The translations under genes were made by a program, and so were the position numbers. Below, one piece after another: positions 30,722 through 41,313 of a stretch of 64,000 nucleotides of DNA. Below the pieces are notes generated by a model. It was not told where the DNA came from, ran no database searches, and was given only the letters and a program-made list of their open reading frames with translations. Location: the NCBI GenBank assembly GCA_965208105.1, contig OZ242318.1:4704001-4768000 (forward strand), read 5' to 3'. This stretch comes from Candidatus Latescibacterota bacterium (GTDB taxonomy: Bacteria > Latescibacterota > UBA2968 > UBA8231). Every line of letters starts with the position of its first letter. Position 1 is the first letter of the stretch.

Positions 30722-31891
30722 CTAACAATATGCAACGGCGGTCAGGGCGTAGACCTGGGCGACGCGTACCAACTCCGCCACGGGGACGCATTCGTTGACC
30801 GTGTGGGCGCCCGTGGCCGCCGGACCATGGGTGAGAGGAGAAATTCCGGCAGCGGCGAAGAAGAGGTTGCCGTCGTCGACGAATGGTTTGCCACCCAGAG
30901 GAAGGGTGGAGCCGGCGACCGCGCGGTGGGCGCTTTGGAAAGCCCCGACGATCGGGTCTTCGGGGTCAATCCTGAAGGCGTCACCCTGCACATGGAAGTT
31001 TGCCCGGATTCGAGTCCGTGTGCTGCGCTCCAGCTCATCCAGAACCTGCTGGAATCCGACTGCAACAGCTGCTTGCGTTCCGGGCTCGACCCAGCGCCGC
31101 GTTCCCTTCAGGGTGCAGGTCGTCGGCGCCTGGTTGTAGATCTCCCCGGCGTTAATGCTTCCGACGAAGATTGAATCGCTCCCGCTGTGGGGCAAGGTAG
31201 TGTTCTCGAGTCGCCGGCGCTGTTCTTGAAACCTGCAGACCAGCTCCGCCCCGGCGGCCAGGACATCGGGGAGGCCCGCGGGTCGCAGAACCTCGTGAAC
31301 CGGGTCGCCATCGCGGCTGATCTCGATTTCGAAGATGCCCATGCCCCGGCCGGCAATGGGAAGGTGATCGGCCAGGTATTCGGGAAGGAGGACGGCATCG
31401 CCTTTATAACCTGAGGCGATGAGGGCGCTGAGCTGGCGCCGGTCGCCCCAGGGGCCTTCGTGGTGGTCGTGGGCCGTGAGCAGTATGCCTCCCCGGGGAA
31501 GGCTCCTGGTATCGCGCAGAACCCGCAAGGCTTCTACGAAAGCGGCGATACCGCCTTTCATATCGGCTGCGCCGGAGCCGAAAAGACAACCGTTTTGGCG
31601 CTTTGGCGGGACGAAGGGAAGGTGAACGGTGTCGAGATGGCCGTCGAACTGCAGAACCCTCCCGGATTTGTCCGCCTCGAAGCGGACGACTACGGCAGGC
31701 GACGCAGGCCAGTCGGCCTCGGGCCGTTCGACCTTGAAACCATCGTCGGTGAGCATCTCGGCGAGGCGGTCGGCAGCAGCGCCGGCGTTGCGCGTGGGGC
31801 TGGGAACCTCGATCAAGGCGGTGGCCGTATCCACTAAACGCTGGGCATCAACGCCTTGAATGATGGTATCAATGGGAGGAGAGGAGATCAT
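30722..31891 (-). CDS. M20/ArgE-DapE family metallo-hydrolase
   Basis: GHLDTV, GSGAADMKGG, AHTVNE. Confidence 0.88.
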   Translation of the reverse strand: MISSPPIDTIIQGVDAQRLVDTATALIEVPSPTRNAGAAADRLAEMLTDDGFKVERPEADWPASPAVVVRFEADKSGRVLQFDGHLDTVHLPFVPPKRQNGCLFGSGAADMKGGIAAFVEALRVLRDTRSLPRGGILLTAHDHHEGPWGDRRQLSALIASGYKGDAVLLPEYLADHLPIAGRGMGIFEIEISRDGDPVHEVLRPAGLPDVLAAGAELVCRFQEQRRRLENTTLPHSGSDSIFVGSINAGEIYNQAPTTCTLKGTRRWVEPGTQAAVAVGFQQVLDELERSTRTRIRANFHVQGDAFRIDPEDPIVGAFQSAHRAVAGSTLPLGGKPFVDDGNLFFAAAGISPLTHGPAATGAHTVNECVPVAELVRVAQVYALTAVAYC

Positions 31892-32420
31892 TGGATTTCC
31901 TTCCTGCAGGCGGGAAATTGACCCGATCGGCCCTCTGCGAGGGGAAAAGCTGGCGGCGCCGGATGATGGAAATCCAGGCGACTCCGATGGGCAGGCCGGA
32001 GTTCGGGTTTTTGATCATCTGGATCGAACCATGGCAGTACCTCGGTTCCATGAGGGGCGAGCGCATGTCCGGGCCATTTGGAGGTCCATGTGCTTTGAGG
32101 ATGGTCGGAACGAGAAGCTCCGAGCCTTGTGCCGGACCTTCGCGGATATCCCCGGTCCCCTGCCGATCACCGAGGGGCAGATTGGTGCCTTCGTAATCCT
32201 TCGTAATTTAGATCATTTAGGACAGGCCCGCAAAATCATCCTGCGGGTGGTGTGTTCTGGCCGCTCCCCAGGGTGAAGAAGGAATTTGGGTGGCGATTCC
32301 CAAAATATTTTGGAAATAATTCATCCAAGATTGAGGGAACCAGGGGTTGCAAATCGCTGCAAATGTCGCGGGGGGCGGAGCTTGCATATCCAAAACATTT
32401 TTGTATATTAGAAAGTCTGG

Positions 32421-32452
32421 TGCGGAAGCGAAATGCTTCCGCATTTGCTTTT
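32421..32452 (+). terminator. hairpin plus T tract in the greA leader
   Basis: TGCGGAAGC-GAAAT-GCTTCCGCA-TTTGCTTTT. Confidence 0.5.
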
Positions 32453-32494
32453 ATAATTTGGAAACAGGGGAAAATTGTGCCTTAGGAGAACCAG

Positions 32495-32965
32495 ATGAGC
32501 GAGGTATATCTTTCCAGAGAGGGGTATGAGAAACTTCAAGGCGAGTTGAAAGAGCTCAAGGACAAGGAACGTCCCCACGTTCGCCTGTCCTTGCAACGGG
32601 CCAGGGAATTCGGTGATCTATCGGAGAACGCCGAGTACCTGGCCGCCAAGGAGCGATTGATGTTTCTCGAGCAGCGGATCGGCAAGTTGGAGGAGACCCT
32701 CAGCCGCGTCCACTTGCTGGAAAATGAGGATATCCCTGATGACAAGGTTTACATCGGAGCCACGGTGGATTTGCTGGATTTGAAAAAGGACCGGGAACTC
32801 AAATACACCCTTGTAGCTCCCGAAGAGGCGGATTTTGAAGACGGAAAAATCTCTACAATTTCCCCAATTGGCAAGGGGCTGTTGGGGCATGAGGAAGGTG
32901 AAGAGGTGGAAATCAAGGTTCCCGCCGGGATGCTGCACTACAGGATCATTAAAATCACTCGTTGA
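32495..32965 (+). CDS. greA: transcription elongation factor GreA
   Basis: AREFGDLSENAEY, ISTISPIGKGLLG. Confidence 0.96.
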   Translation: MSEVYLSREGYEKLQGELKELKDKERPHVRLSLQRAREFGDLSENAEYLAAKERLMFLEQRIGKLEETLSRVHLLENEDIPDDKVYIGATVDLLDLKKDRELKYTLVAPEEADFEDGKISTISPIGKGLLGHEEGEEVEIKVPAGMLHYRIIKITR

Positions 32966-33066
32966 CCTCCACCGGTAATGGGCCTGTTGCAGGCTATTTC
33001 ATAAGACAGCCATTCCAGTTTCGTGCCGAGAAGATCGAGGCAATCTGAATTCCCCAAGGAATTCCC

Positions 33067-33528
33067 TTGGCCAAATTGTATGTTTCAAAAAATCTAAGCG
33101 AGGAATCCAGGGTAATGGAAGCAAAAATTCTCAAAGGTAGATGGCACCCCCTGTGCAAGGCGGAAAGGTGCGGACAAGAGGCGCGAACTGGAGGATATTG
33201 CCCTCGCCACTACCAGCAAATTCGTCGCCACGGTCGCCTGACTCCGGAGCGGGAATACCAGAAACGCGGCTCCCGGTGCAAGGTTGAGAGCTGCCGGCAA
33301 GTCCAGGTTGCCAGGGGGTTCTGCTTCCGCCACTACCAGCAGATGAGGCGCTATGGACGGCTCACCCCGGAACGCGAGCGGATTTACGGCCGCAAGGTCT
33401 GCAAAATGACCGGTTGCGAGGCGAAACACTCGTCCAGAGGCTACTGCAAACGGCATTATATGAGCGAGTACTATTTGGCTCAACTCGCGTTGAAAGAGGG
33501 AGTTGCTTCGAGGTCGGCCCAAGCCTAG
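33067..33528 (+). CDS. small basic protein with three C-x4-C-x9-C-x2-HY repeats (start may be ATG 33115)
   Basis: CKAERC..GYCPRHY, CKVESC..GFCFRHY, CKMTGC..GYCKRHY; linker RRxGRLTPERE occurs twice. Confidence 0.8.
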   Translation: MAKLYVSKNLSEESRVMEAKILKGRWHPLCKAERCGQEARTGGYCPRHYQQIRRHGRLTPEREYQKRGSRCKVESCRQVQVARGFCFRHYQQMRRYGRLTPERERIYGRKVCKMTGCEAKHSSRGYCKRHYMSEYYLAQLALKEGVASRSAQA

Positions 33529-33580
33529 CGTCCCGTCGCAGAAATATGTCGCCATTTTCCGCCTACCCATCCCGGCTCTC
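33526..33580. repeat. truncated copy (left end) of the MITE at 4930
   Basis: TAGCGTCCCGTCGCAGAAATATGTCGCCATT.TTCCGCC...CCATCCCGGCTC closely matches 4930-4985. Confidence 0.8.
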
Positions 33581-33657
33581 GTTGGGTCTTCCTGCCCTCG
33601 TTCAAGCCAAAAAAAGGTTTCTCCATCTCGCGGGTTGCAGGAGCTTGTATGAAAGGC

Positions 33658-33686
33658 TTGACAACCCGATTGAATTGCCCTACATT
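33658..33686 (+). promoter_or_regulatory. sigma70 promoter TTGACA-N17-TACATT of the tRNA/rpmG operon
   Basis: Consensus spacing; ends 25 nt before tRNA-Gly. Confidence 0.7.
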
Positions 33687-33711
33687 TTCCTATTTATGGA
33701 AATTTGCATGG

Positions 33712-33788
33712 GCGGGAGTAGCTCAGTTGGCTAGAGCGCGAGCCTTCCAAGCTCGATGTCGCGGGTTCGAGTCCCGTTTCCCGCTCCA
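33712..33788 (+). tRNA. tRNA-Gly(TCC)
   Basis: Cloverleaf; anticodon arm CGAGC-CTTCCAA-GCTCG; GGTTCGAGTCC; encoded CCA. Confidence 0.97.
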
Positions 33789-33826
33789 TAGAAATGGCTG
33801 ATTCCGGGTCTCTCTCTGGGTTGTTA

Positions 33827-33902
<76 letters not shown>

Positions 33903-33972
33903 GCTTTTTTTCGGTTCCTCATCGATATCCCTTAACCATAAACGACAATACTTTTCAGCTTAGCAGGCACGG

Positions 33973-34125
33973 ATGCCACGAGACCAGGTAACGCTCGAAT
34001 GCGAGGGTTGTGGTAGGCGCAATTATACAACCACCAAGAACCGTCGCGTCCATTCTGGACGAGTTGAATTCAAGAAATATTGCCGGTCTTGCCAAAAGCA
34101 CACTATGCACAAAGAAACCCGGTAG
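33973..34125 (+). CDS. rpmG: 50S ribosomal protein L33 (zinc-ribbon form)
   Basis: Translated by hand: MPRDQVTLECEGCGRRNYTTTKN...KKYCRSCQKHTMHKETR; below the ORF-track cutoff. Confidence 0.96.
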   Translation: MPRDQVTLECEGCGRRNYTTTKNRRVHSGRVEFKKYCRSCQKHTMHKETR

Positions 34126-34142
34126 TGCAGCCTGGGCGCTAT

Positions 34143-34218
34143 AGGTCTGTAGCTCAATTGGTAGAGCACTGGTCTCCAAAACCAGCGGTTGCAGGTTCGA
34201 GTCCTGCCAGACCTGCCA
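34143..34218 (+). tRNA. tRNA-Trp(CCA)
   Basis: Anticodon arm CTGGT-CTCCAAA-ACCAG; usual position before secE. Confidence 0.97.
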
Positions 34219-34267
34219 TGTTGGGGTATTTGCGAGGGAGCCGGCTTTCAAGAACTGGCATTGGGGG

Positions 34268-34456
34268 ATGAGGGAAAGACTCATTACTTTTCTCAGAGAA
34301 GTTCGAGCCGAGTTTTCAAAGGTCAGTTGGCCCACGCGAGATGATCTGGCCAGTTCCACCGGTGTCGTTCTGGTTTTTTCAGCAATCTTTGCAGTTTTTA
34401 TCGGCCTCTTTGATCTTGTGATTTCCTTTATATGGGGAATCCTTCTCGGTCGGTGA
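34268..34456 (+). CDS. secE: preprotein translocase subunit SecE
   Basis: FLREVRAEFSKVSWPTR plus a TM helix. Confidence 0.95.
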   Translation: MRERLITFLREVRAEFSKVSWPTRDDLASSTGVVLVFSAIFAVFIGLFDLVISFIWGILLGR

Positions 34457-34573
34457 AGATCTTTGAATTCACGTTGCGATAGAAGATCGAGGCCCGGTTA
34501 GCGGCTGGTGTTTGCGCCGCTACTTTTATGCTTTAAGAGTTTTTACCTGAGCACGAAGACCCGGATCTTGAAT

Positions 34574-35119
34574 ATGGCAAAGCACTGGTATGCACTGCAC
34601 ACCTATTCGGGACACGAGAACAAGGTAAAATCCTATCTCGAATCCCTGATGGAATCCTCCCCAATCGGTGATGCGGTTGTTCAGGTGGTGGTACCCACTG
34701 AAGAGGTGGTGGAGATGCGGGGAGGAAAGAAGACCGTCTCCAAAAAGCGTTTTCTGCCGAGTTATGTGCTGGTTGAGATGGAGATGTCAAAAAGCGCCTG
34801 GCATCTGGTTACCAACATACCCGGGGTGACCAACTTTGTCGGCCCGGCTCGCAAGCCTCAGCCCCTGCGCCAGGAGGAGGTCGACCACATCCTCGGTCAC
34901 ATCGACCGCCGCAAGGCTCAAGAGGTCGAGGAAATTCCATATGCCACCGGAGACCAGGTGAAGGTGAATGACGGGGCCTTCAAGGACTTCATTGGCACCG
35001 TTCAGGAAGTGATTCCGGAGAAGCGCCGGGTGAAAATCATGGTGAGCATTTTTGGTCGAGGAACGCCTGTGGAGCTGGACGTGTTGCAGGTAGAATTGGC
35101 GGATGATGCCAATGGTTGA
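34574..35119 (+). CDS. nusG: transcription termination/antitermination factor NusG
   Basis: [17 protein letters not shown] motif, [12 protein letters not shown]. Confidence 0.97.
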   Translation: MAKHWYALHTYSGHENKVKSYLESLMESSPIGDAVVQVVVPTEEVVEMRGGKKTVSKKRFLPSYVLVEMEMSKSAWHLVTNIPGVTNFVGPARKPQPLRQEEVDHILGHIDRRKAQEVEEIPYATGDQVKVNDGAFKDFIGTVQEVIPEKRRVKIMVSIFGRGTPVELDVLQVELADDANG

Positions 35120-35130
35120 GGAAATGGGCT

Positions 35131-35556
35131 ATGGCGAAGAAGATATCAGCTACAATTAAGCTGCAGGTGCCGGCGGGACAGGCCAATCCGACTCCTCCGG
35201 TAGGTCCTGCCCTGGGTCAGCACGGCGTCAATATAATGGAATTCTGCAAGTCGTTCAATGCCCAGACCCAGGAGCAGGCAGGGCTCATCATACCCGTTAT
35301 AATTACTGTTTTTGCGGACCGGAGTTTCTCCTTCATTACAAAGACTCCTCCGGCTGCGGTTCTCTTGAAACGCGCGGCAGGTATCGACAAAGGCTCTGGA
35401 GTTCCCAATACAGAGAAGATAGGCTCGGTGACCACAGAGCAACTGAGAGAGATCGCCCAGTTGAAAATGGAGGATTTGAACGCCAGTTCAGTTGAGTCGG
35501 CGATTTCAATGATTGCGGGCACTGCCCGCAGCATGGGGCTCTTGGTTGACAACTAA
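35131..35556 (+). CDS. rplK: 50S ribosomal protein L11
   Basis: [19 protein letters not shown]. Confidence 0.98.
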   Translation: MAKKISATIKLQVPAGQANPTPPVGPALGQHGVNIMEFCKSFNAQTQEQAGLIIPVIITVFADRSFSFITKTPPAAVLLKRAAGIDKGSGVPNTEKIGSVTTEQLREIAQLKMEDLNASSVESAISMIAGTARSMGLLVDN

Positions 35557-35577
35557 GAAATAGAAAGCGTGGAAGAG

Positions 35578-36276
35578 ATGGCCAGGGGAAAAAAATATAA
35601 ACAGGCTCTCAGTGCTATCGATCGGGGAAAATCCTATAGCTGGGAGGAGGCCGTAAAGATCCTCAAATCGTTTCCTCGCAGGAAGTTCGACGAAACCGTC
35701 GAGCTTTCCTTCTCCCTGGGGATTGATGGACGCCATGCAGACCAGATTCTGCGCGGTACTGTCATGCTGCCGCATGGGACCGGCAAGGAGGTGCGCGTCC
35801 TCGTTTTTGCCCAGGGAGAGGTGGAAACCGCAGCCCGGGAAGCTGGGGCAGATTACGTTGGCGGGGCCGACCTGGTCGAAAAGATCCAAAATGGCTGGCT
35901 CGAGTTCGATACCGTCATTGCCTCACCCGACATGATGGGGCAGGTTGGCAAGTTGGGACGCATACTCGGGCCTCGCGGTTTGATGCCCAATCCCAAAACC
36001 GGAACAGTGACCAGGGAGGTCGAGCAAGCCGTGAAGGACGCCAAGGCAGGAAGAATCGAATTTCGTGCCGACAGCAAGTCGGGAAACAATGCCCAGGCGC
36101 CCATTGGAAAGTTGTCCTTCGACGTCGACGCCCTGGTCGAAAATGCCCAAACATTCTCCGACGCCATCATGCGAGCGAAACCAGCCTCGTCCAAAGGGCA
36201 GTACATTCACAAACTGGTCATGTCGTCAACCATGGGTCCGGGTATTCCGATCGATCGATCGGGGCTCGTCGTCTGA
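35578..36276 (+). CDS. rplA: 50S ribosomal protein L1
   Basis: [29 protein letters not shown]. Confidence 0.98.
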   Translation: MARGKKYKQALSAIDRGKSYSWEEAVKILKSFPRRKFDETVELSFSLGIDGRHADQILRGTVMLPHGTGKEVRVLVFAQGEVETAAREAGADYVGGADLVEKIQNGWLEFDTVIASPDMMGQVGKLGRILGPRGLMPNPKTGTVTREVEQAVKDAKAGRIEFRADSKSGNNAQAPIGKLSFDVDALVENAQTFSDAIMRAKPASSKGQYIHKLVMSSTMGPGIPIDRSGLVV

Positions 36277-36315
36277 AGATCAGCAGGTGACCCGATCCTC
36301 TGGGGAGGACCAAAG

Positions 36316-36849
36316 ATGCCCACTGTTGAAAAAGTAGAGGAAGTTGCCGCCCTTACCTCCTTGATGAAGGAGTCGAAGGCAATCTTCCTGGCTGATTTCA
36401 CCGGTTTGAATGTTGCCTCGGTGACCGCATTGCGCAATAACCTGCGCAATGCCTCGGTGGGATATCGCGTAGTAAAGAACCGCCTGGCAATCCGTGCTGC
36501 CCAGGAGGCCGAGATTTCCGGCCTTGATAAATCCTTTGCCGGTCCCACGGCAATAGCATTCGGAACCGAGGATCCGGTCACTCCTGCCAAAATCCTCCAG
36601 GATTTTGCCGAGGAGAACGGAAATATCTCCATCAAGTTGGGATTGGTCGACGGCCAGATCCTGCAGCCGGAAGAAATCAAGGCCCTGGCAGACCTGCCGT
36701 CTCGAGATGTGTTGCTGGGCAGAGTGGTGGGGGGTGTGAAAAATCCACTGTACGGCTTTGCAGGGGTCCTGAATGGTATATTACGCAATCTCGTTGGCGT
36801 CATCGCCGCCTACGAAAATAAAATAAGAGAAGATTCCAAGGGAAGCTGA
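36316..36849 (+). CDS. rplJ: 50S ribosomal protein L10
   Basis: DFTGLNV, VVKNRL, GPTAIAF, LADLPS; synteny. Confidence 0.96.
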   Translation: MPTVEKVEEVAALTSLMKESKAIFLADFTGLNVASVTALRNNLRNASVGYRVVKNRLAIRAAQEAEISGLDKSFAGPTAIAFGTEDPVTPAKILQDFAEENGNISIKLGLVDGQILQPEEIKALADLPSRDVLLGRVVGGVKNPLYGFAGVLNGILRNLVGVIAAYENKIREDSKGS

Positions 36850-36903
36850 CCTCTGGAGCTACTACTTTTGACGCGGTTTTTAGCAACCTCAGGAGGGTGA
36901 ACA

Positions 36904-37323
36904 ATGACTGAAGAGACCACAACCGAAGAAACTTCCCAAAGCGCCAAGGTAGGGGAGATCATCGAGACGATCAGTGGCCTAACCGTTCTCGAACTGGCCG
37001 AATTGGTCAAGGCCCTGGAGGATAAATTCGGTGTATCCGCAGCTGCTCCTGTGATGATGGGTGGAGTTGCTCCCGCAGCCGTAGATGGCGGAGTGGAAGA
37101 AGAGGAGGAAAAGGATTCCTTCGATGTCCTTTTGACCGGTTCAGGTGATAAGAAGATCCAGGTGATCAAGGTGGTTCGCCAGATCACAAGCCTCGGGCTC
37201 AAAGAGGCCAAGGCGCTGGTCGACGATGCTCCAAATCCCGTGAAGGAAGGAGTCTCGAAGCAGGAAGCCGAAGAAATTCAGACCTTACTGCAGGATGCGG
37301 GCGCTACTGTAGAAGTCAAATGA
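36904..37323 (+). CDS. rplL: 50S ribosomal protein L7/L12
   Basis: [27 protein letters not shown]. Confidence 0.98.
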   Translation: MTEETTTEETSQSAKVGEIIETISGLTVLELAELVKALEDKFGVSAAAPVMMGGVAPAAVDGGVEEEEEKDSFDVLLTGSGDKKIQVIKVVRQITSLGLKEAKALVDDAPNPVKEGVSKQEAEEIQTLLQDAGATVEVK

Positions 37324-37487
37324 GAGGATCTTGATAGAATTTTGCGTCCAAGTTGAAATACTGGAAGGGTCCTGCAATTTTGCAGTACGTCCTGATTGAA
37401 AGCTCATGGAATATTGGTCTTCCGCGATTTGGAAATCAATGGCTCTGTGAGCTTTTGCCTTAAACCTGTGACAAGGAGATCTATTGC

Positions 37488-40400
37488 TTGGCTGAGAATA
37501 ATGGTAGCATTGAAAGGCGATCTTTCGGCAGGATCAGAGAAATTGTCGAGATGCCGAATCTTCTCTCCATCCAGATAGATTCGTACCAGGCATTTTTGCA
37601 ACTCAATCTTCCTCCTCGCCAGAGACAGAGGAGAGGGTTGCAGTTGGTATTCGAGAGCATCTTTCCGATTACTGATGCCCACGGGGTTTATTCCCTCGAG
37701 TACGTTGACTACTCGGTGGGCAATCCCCGCTACAGCCAGGAAGAATGCCGGGAGCGCGGCATGACCTATGCCGCCCCTTTGCGAGCCACCCTTCGCCTCA
37801 TCACCCGCGACCGGGAGAGGACTGACAGTCCTGTCAAGGATGTAGTGGAACAGTCTGTTTTCCTGGGAGAGCTACCCCTGATGACGGGAGAGGGAACCTT
37901 TATTATCAACGGGGCCGAAAGGGTCGTCGTGAGTCAGTTACACCGCTCGCCAGGGGTGTTTTTTGACGAGACGATGCACCCCAATGGAAAGAGACTATTT
38001 TCTGCCCGCATCCTTCCTTCCAACAAGGGACCTTGGCTCGAATTCAGCATGGACATCAACGATCTCATGCATGTCCACATCGACCGGCGGCGCAAGCTGC
38101 CCGTTTCGCTGCTGTTGAGGGCGTTGGGATTTTCAAGGTCGGGCGAGATCCTCAGCCTGTTCCGCGAGGACGTAGAGGCCACGGTCGATGAGGATCTGGT
38201 TGGTCGTCTGAATGGTAGCGAGGACATCGTGGACACCAAGACCGGTGAAATCCTGCTGGGGGCATTCGACGCTGTCGAAGAGGGTCATCTCGAGGTGCTG
38301 AAGGAGGCGGGGAAAAAATCAGTCAAGGTACTGGCCGCCCCGGAGGGTACGGATCCCGGAGTAATCGAAAATACCTTGAGAAAAGACCCCAGCACCAGTG
38401 AAGAAGAGGCTCTCACCTTCATCTACAATCTGATGCGTCCTGGGGACCCGCCCAACATAGAGACCGCGCGTGGTCTGCTCGATCGCCTGTTCTTCAATCC
38501 CAAACACTACAATCTTGGAGATGTGGGCAGGTACCGGATAAACAGCCGGCTGGGTGTGGACATTCCGTTGACCAGCACGATTCTACATCTGGAGGATTTT
38601 ACCGCGATTATCCGCTACCTGCTGCAGCTTCGCGCGGGACAGGGCAACACAGATGATATCGACCATCTGGGCAACCGACGGGTGCGGTTGGTCGGAGAAA
38701 TGCTGGCTAAGCAATTCAGCATGGGCTTGACGCGCATGGCGCGAACCATTCGAGAGAGGATGAGCCTGCGCGATGAAGAGCAAATCACTCCTCACGACCT
38801 GGTAAACGCGCGAACTGTTTCAACGGTGGTCCAGGCATTCTTCGGGAGCAGCCAGCTGTCTCAGTTCATGCAGCAGACCAATCCGCTCGATGAACTCACC
38901 CACAAGCGCCGGCTCAGTGCTCTCGGCCCGGGTGGATTGAGCCGGGACCGCGCTGGATTTGAAGTGCGGGACGTGCACTACACCCATTATGGCCGCATTT
39001 GTCCCATAGAGACTCCGGAGGGGCCCAACATCGGCTTGATCTCCTCCCTCAGTACATTCGCTCGGGTCAACTCCTTTGGATTCTTGGAGACTCCCTACCG
39101 CAAGGTCATGGACGGCCGAGCCACAAACGAGATCGAGTTCCTCACTGCCGACCAGGAGGACAGATTCACCATAGCCCAGGCCAACGAGCCGCTTGATGAC
39201 GACGGAGAGTTCGTCAATTCCCTGGTGAAGGCCAGGCGGCGCGACGACTATCCCATGGTACCTCCGGGTGAGGTAGAATACATGGACGTATCGCCCAAGC
39301 AGCTGGTCAGCGCTGCCGCAGCTTTAATTCCATTTCTGGAGCACAACGACGCCAACAGGGCATTGATGGGGTCCAATATGCAGCGCCAGGCCGTTCCCTT
39401 GCTGTTTCCAAGGGCTCCATGGGTCGGCACGGGCATGGAATCCAAGGTTGCCCGGGATTCGAGCGCACTGGTGCTTGCTCGCAATCCAGGAGAGGTTGTC
39501 AAGGCGGAGGCCAACTGCATCGTCGTCAGCCGCGACAAGAAAAAGAGCAGTCCGCTCAGCCCTTTGGATGCGGCCGAAGAAGACGAGTACAGGCTGATTA
39601 AATTCAGCCGCTCGAACCAGGACTGCTGCATCAATCAGCGTCCCCTCGTTAAAGTCGGAGAAATAATTCAAAAGGACCAGATTCTGGCCGATGGTCCAGC
39701 GACCGAAAAGGGAGACCTCGCCCTGGGCATGAATGTCCGCGTGGCCTTTATGCCCTGGAATGGTTACAACTTCGAAGACGCCATTGTCATCAGCGAACGG
39801 TTGCTCAAGAGCGACATTTTCACCTCGGTTCACATTGAGGAGTTTGAACTGCAGGTGAGGGACACCAAACGCGGCCAGGAAGAGATTACCCGCGAAATTC
39901 CCAACGTCAGCGAGTTGGCCGTCCGCAACCTGGACGAAGGAGGAATTATTCGGATCGGCGCAGAGGTTGGTCCCGGTGACATTCTGGTCGGCAAGGTGAC
40001 GCCCAAGGGGGAAACGGAGCTTTCTCCAGAGGAAAGGCTCCTGCGGGCAATCTTCGGCGAGAAGGCCGGGGACGTGCGCGACGCTTCCCTCAAGGCGCCT
40101 CCGGGCATGGAAGGGGTGGTCATTGACCGCAAAGTCTTTTCCCGCAAGGAGCGAAGCGAAGGATCTCGGAAGAAGGAAAAGGGCGATGTGTCCTCTATGA
40201 GGGACAAAGCCAAGGAGAAAAGTGATGCTCTGCTCGCGGAAAGGAACAAGAGGCTCGTCGAATTTTGTAGCGGCCACAGGCTGGGCCGATTGCGCAGCAA
40301 GGATGATAACAGTGTCGTCGTACGCGAGGGTACCGAGATCAGCGAAGCACTTCTAGAACGCATAGACATTTTCAACGTGTTTCCGGAGCATGGGTGGACA

Positions 40401-41282
40401 GGCGACCCGGATGCCGATTCGAGGATCGAGGAGTTGCTTCGCTATGCAGGTGAACAACTTCAGTTGATCGAGGAGCAGACCGAACGGCAGATCGAACGGC
40501 TCACAAGGGGTGACGAATTGCCTCCCGGTATCGTTCACCTGGTAAAGGTATATGTCGCCAAAAGGCGCAAGCTGTCGGTGGGCGACAAAATGGCCGGGCG
40601 TCATGGCAACAAAGGTGTGGTGGCACAGATTGTTCCCGAGGAAGACATGCCTTACCTGGAGGATGGTTCACCAGTCGACATGGTGTTGAATCCTCTCGGC
40701 GTCCCATCGCGCATGAACCTCGGCCAGATCTTTGAGACCCACCTGGGCATGGCTTCCCATGCCCTGAATTTGCACCTCGCCACCCCGGTTTTCGATGGCG
40801 CTTCGCTCGACGAAGTCAAGGAGTTGCTCGATGAGGCCGGCCTGGAAACGGATGGAAAGGCGGTGCTCTACGACGGCCGCACCGGCCAGCGCCTCGACAA
40901 GCGGGTGACGGTAGGTTACATCTACATGCTCAAGCTATCCCACCTGGTGGCGGACAAGATTCATGCCCGGTCTATCGGACCCTATTCGCTGGTCACACAA
41001 CAACCCCTGGGTGGAAAGGCTCAATTCGGCGGGCAGCGGTTCGGCGAGATGGAGGTCTGGGCCCTGGAGGCTTACGGGTCGGCCTATACCCTCCAGGAAA
41101 TGCTGACGGTCAAATCGGATGACGTCGCCGGCCGATCCAAGATTTACGAAGCAATTGTCAAGGGCGAGAATCCTCCCGAGCCTGGAGTGCCCGAATCCTT
41201 CAACGTATTAGTCAAAGAGCTGCAAAGTCTCTGCCTCGATGTGATTCTCGAGGACAGTAAGATCGCTGATTCGACCTATTGA
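37488..41282 (+). CDS. rpoB: RNA polymerase beta subunit
   Basis: [57 protein letters not shown]. Confidence 0.99.
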   Translation: MAENNGSIERRSFGRIREIVEMPNLLSIQIDSYQAFLQLNLPPRQRQRRGLQLVFESIFPITDAHGVYSLEYVDYSVGNPRYSQEECRERGMTYAAPLRATLRLITRDRERTDSPVKDVVEQSVFLGELPLMTGEGTFIINGAERVVVSQLHRSPGVFFDETMHPNGKRLFSARILPSNKGPWLEFSMDINDLMHVHIDRRRKLPVSLLLRALGFSRSGEILSLFREDVEATVDEDLVGRLNGSEDIVDTKTGEILLGAFDAVEEGHLEVLKEAGKKSVKVLAAPEGTDPGVIENTLRKDPSTSEEEALTFIYNLMRPGDPPNIETARGLLDRLFFNPKHYNLGDVGRYRINSRLGVDIPLTSTILHLEDFTAIIRYLLQLRAGQGNTDDIDHLGNRRVRLVGEMLAKQFSMGLTRMARTIRERMSLRDEEQITPHDLVNARTVSTVVQAFFGSSQLSQFMQQTNPLDELTHKRRLSALGPGGLSRDRAGFEVRDVHYTHYGRICPIETPEGPNIGLISSLSTFARVNSFGFLETPYRKVMDGRATNEIEFLTADQEDRFTIAQANEPLDDDGEFVNSLVKARRRDDYPMVPPGEVEYMDVSPKQLVSAAAALIPFLEHNDANRALMGSNMQRQAVPLLFPRAPWVGTGMESKVARDSSALVLARNPGEVVKAEANCIVVSRDKKKSSPLSPLDAAEEDEYRLIKFSRSNQDCCINQRPLVKVGEIIQKDQILADGPATEKGDLALGMNVRVAFMPWNGYNFEDAIVISERLLKSDIFTSVHIEEFELQVRDTKRGQEEITREIPNVSELAVRNLDEGGIIRIGAEVGPGDILVGKVTPKGETELSPEERLLRAIFGEKAGDVRDASLKAPPGMEGVVIDRKVFSRKERSEGSRKKEKGDVSSMRDKAKEKSDALLAERNKRLVEFCSGHRLGRLRSKDDNSVVVREGTEISEALLERIDIFNVFPEHGWTGDPDADSRIEELLRYAGEQLQLIEEQTERQIERLTRGDELPPGIVHLVKVYVAKRRKLSVGDKMAGRHGNKGVVAQIVPEEDMPYLEDGSPVDMVLNPLGVPSRMNLGQIFETHLGMASHALNLHLATPVFDGASLDEVKELLDEAGLETDGKAVLYDGRTGQRLDKRVTVGYIYMLKLSHLVADKIHARSIGPYSLVTQQPLGGKAQFGGQRFGEMEVWALEAYGSAYTLQEMLTVKSDDVAGRSKIYEAIVKGENPPEPGVPESFNVLVKELQSLCLDVILEDSKIADSTY

Positions 41283-41313
41283 CAAAGGGAGTCCTACGAA
41301 AAAGGAGGTTGTC

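Noticed and set aside
31892-32380. Short ORFs in the M20-greA intergenic region and a CTTCGTAAT tandem
   Set aside because: No RBS, motif or coding signal that I can support; the repeat occurs only twice
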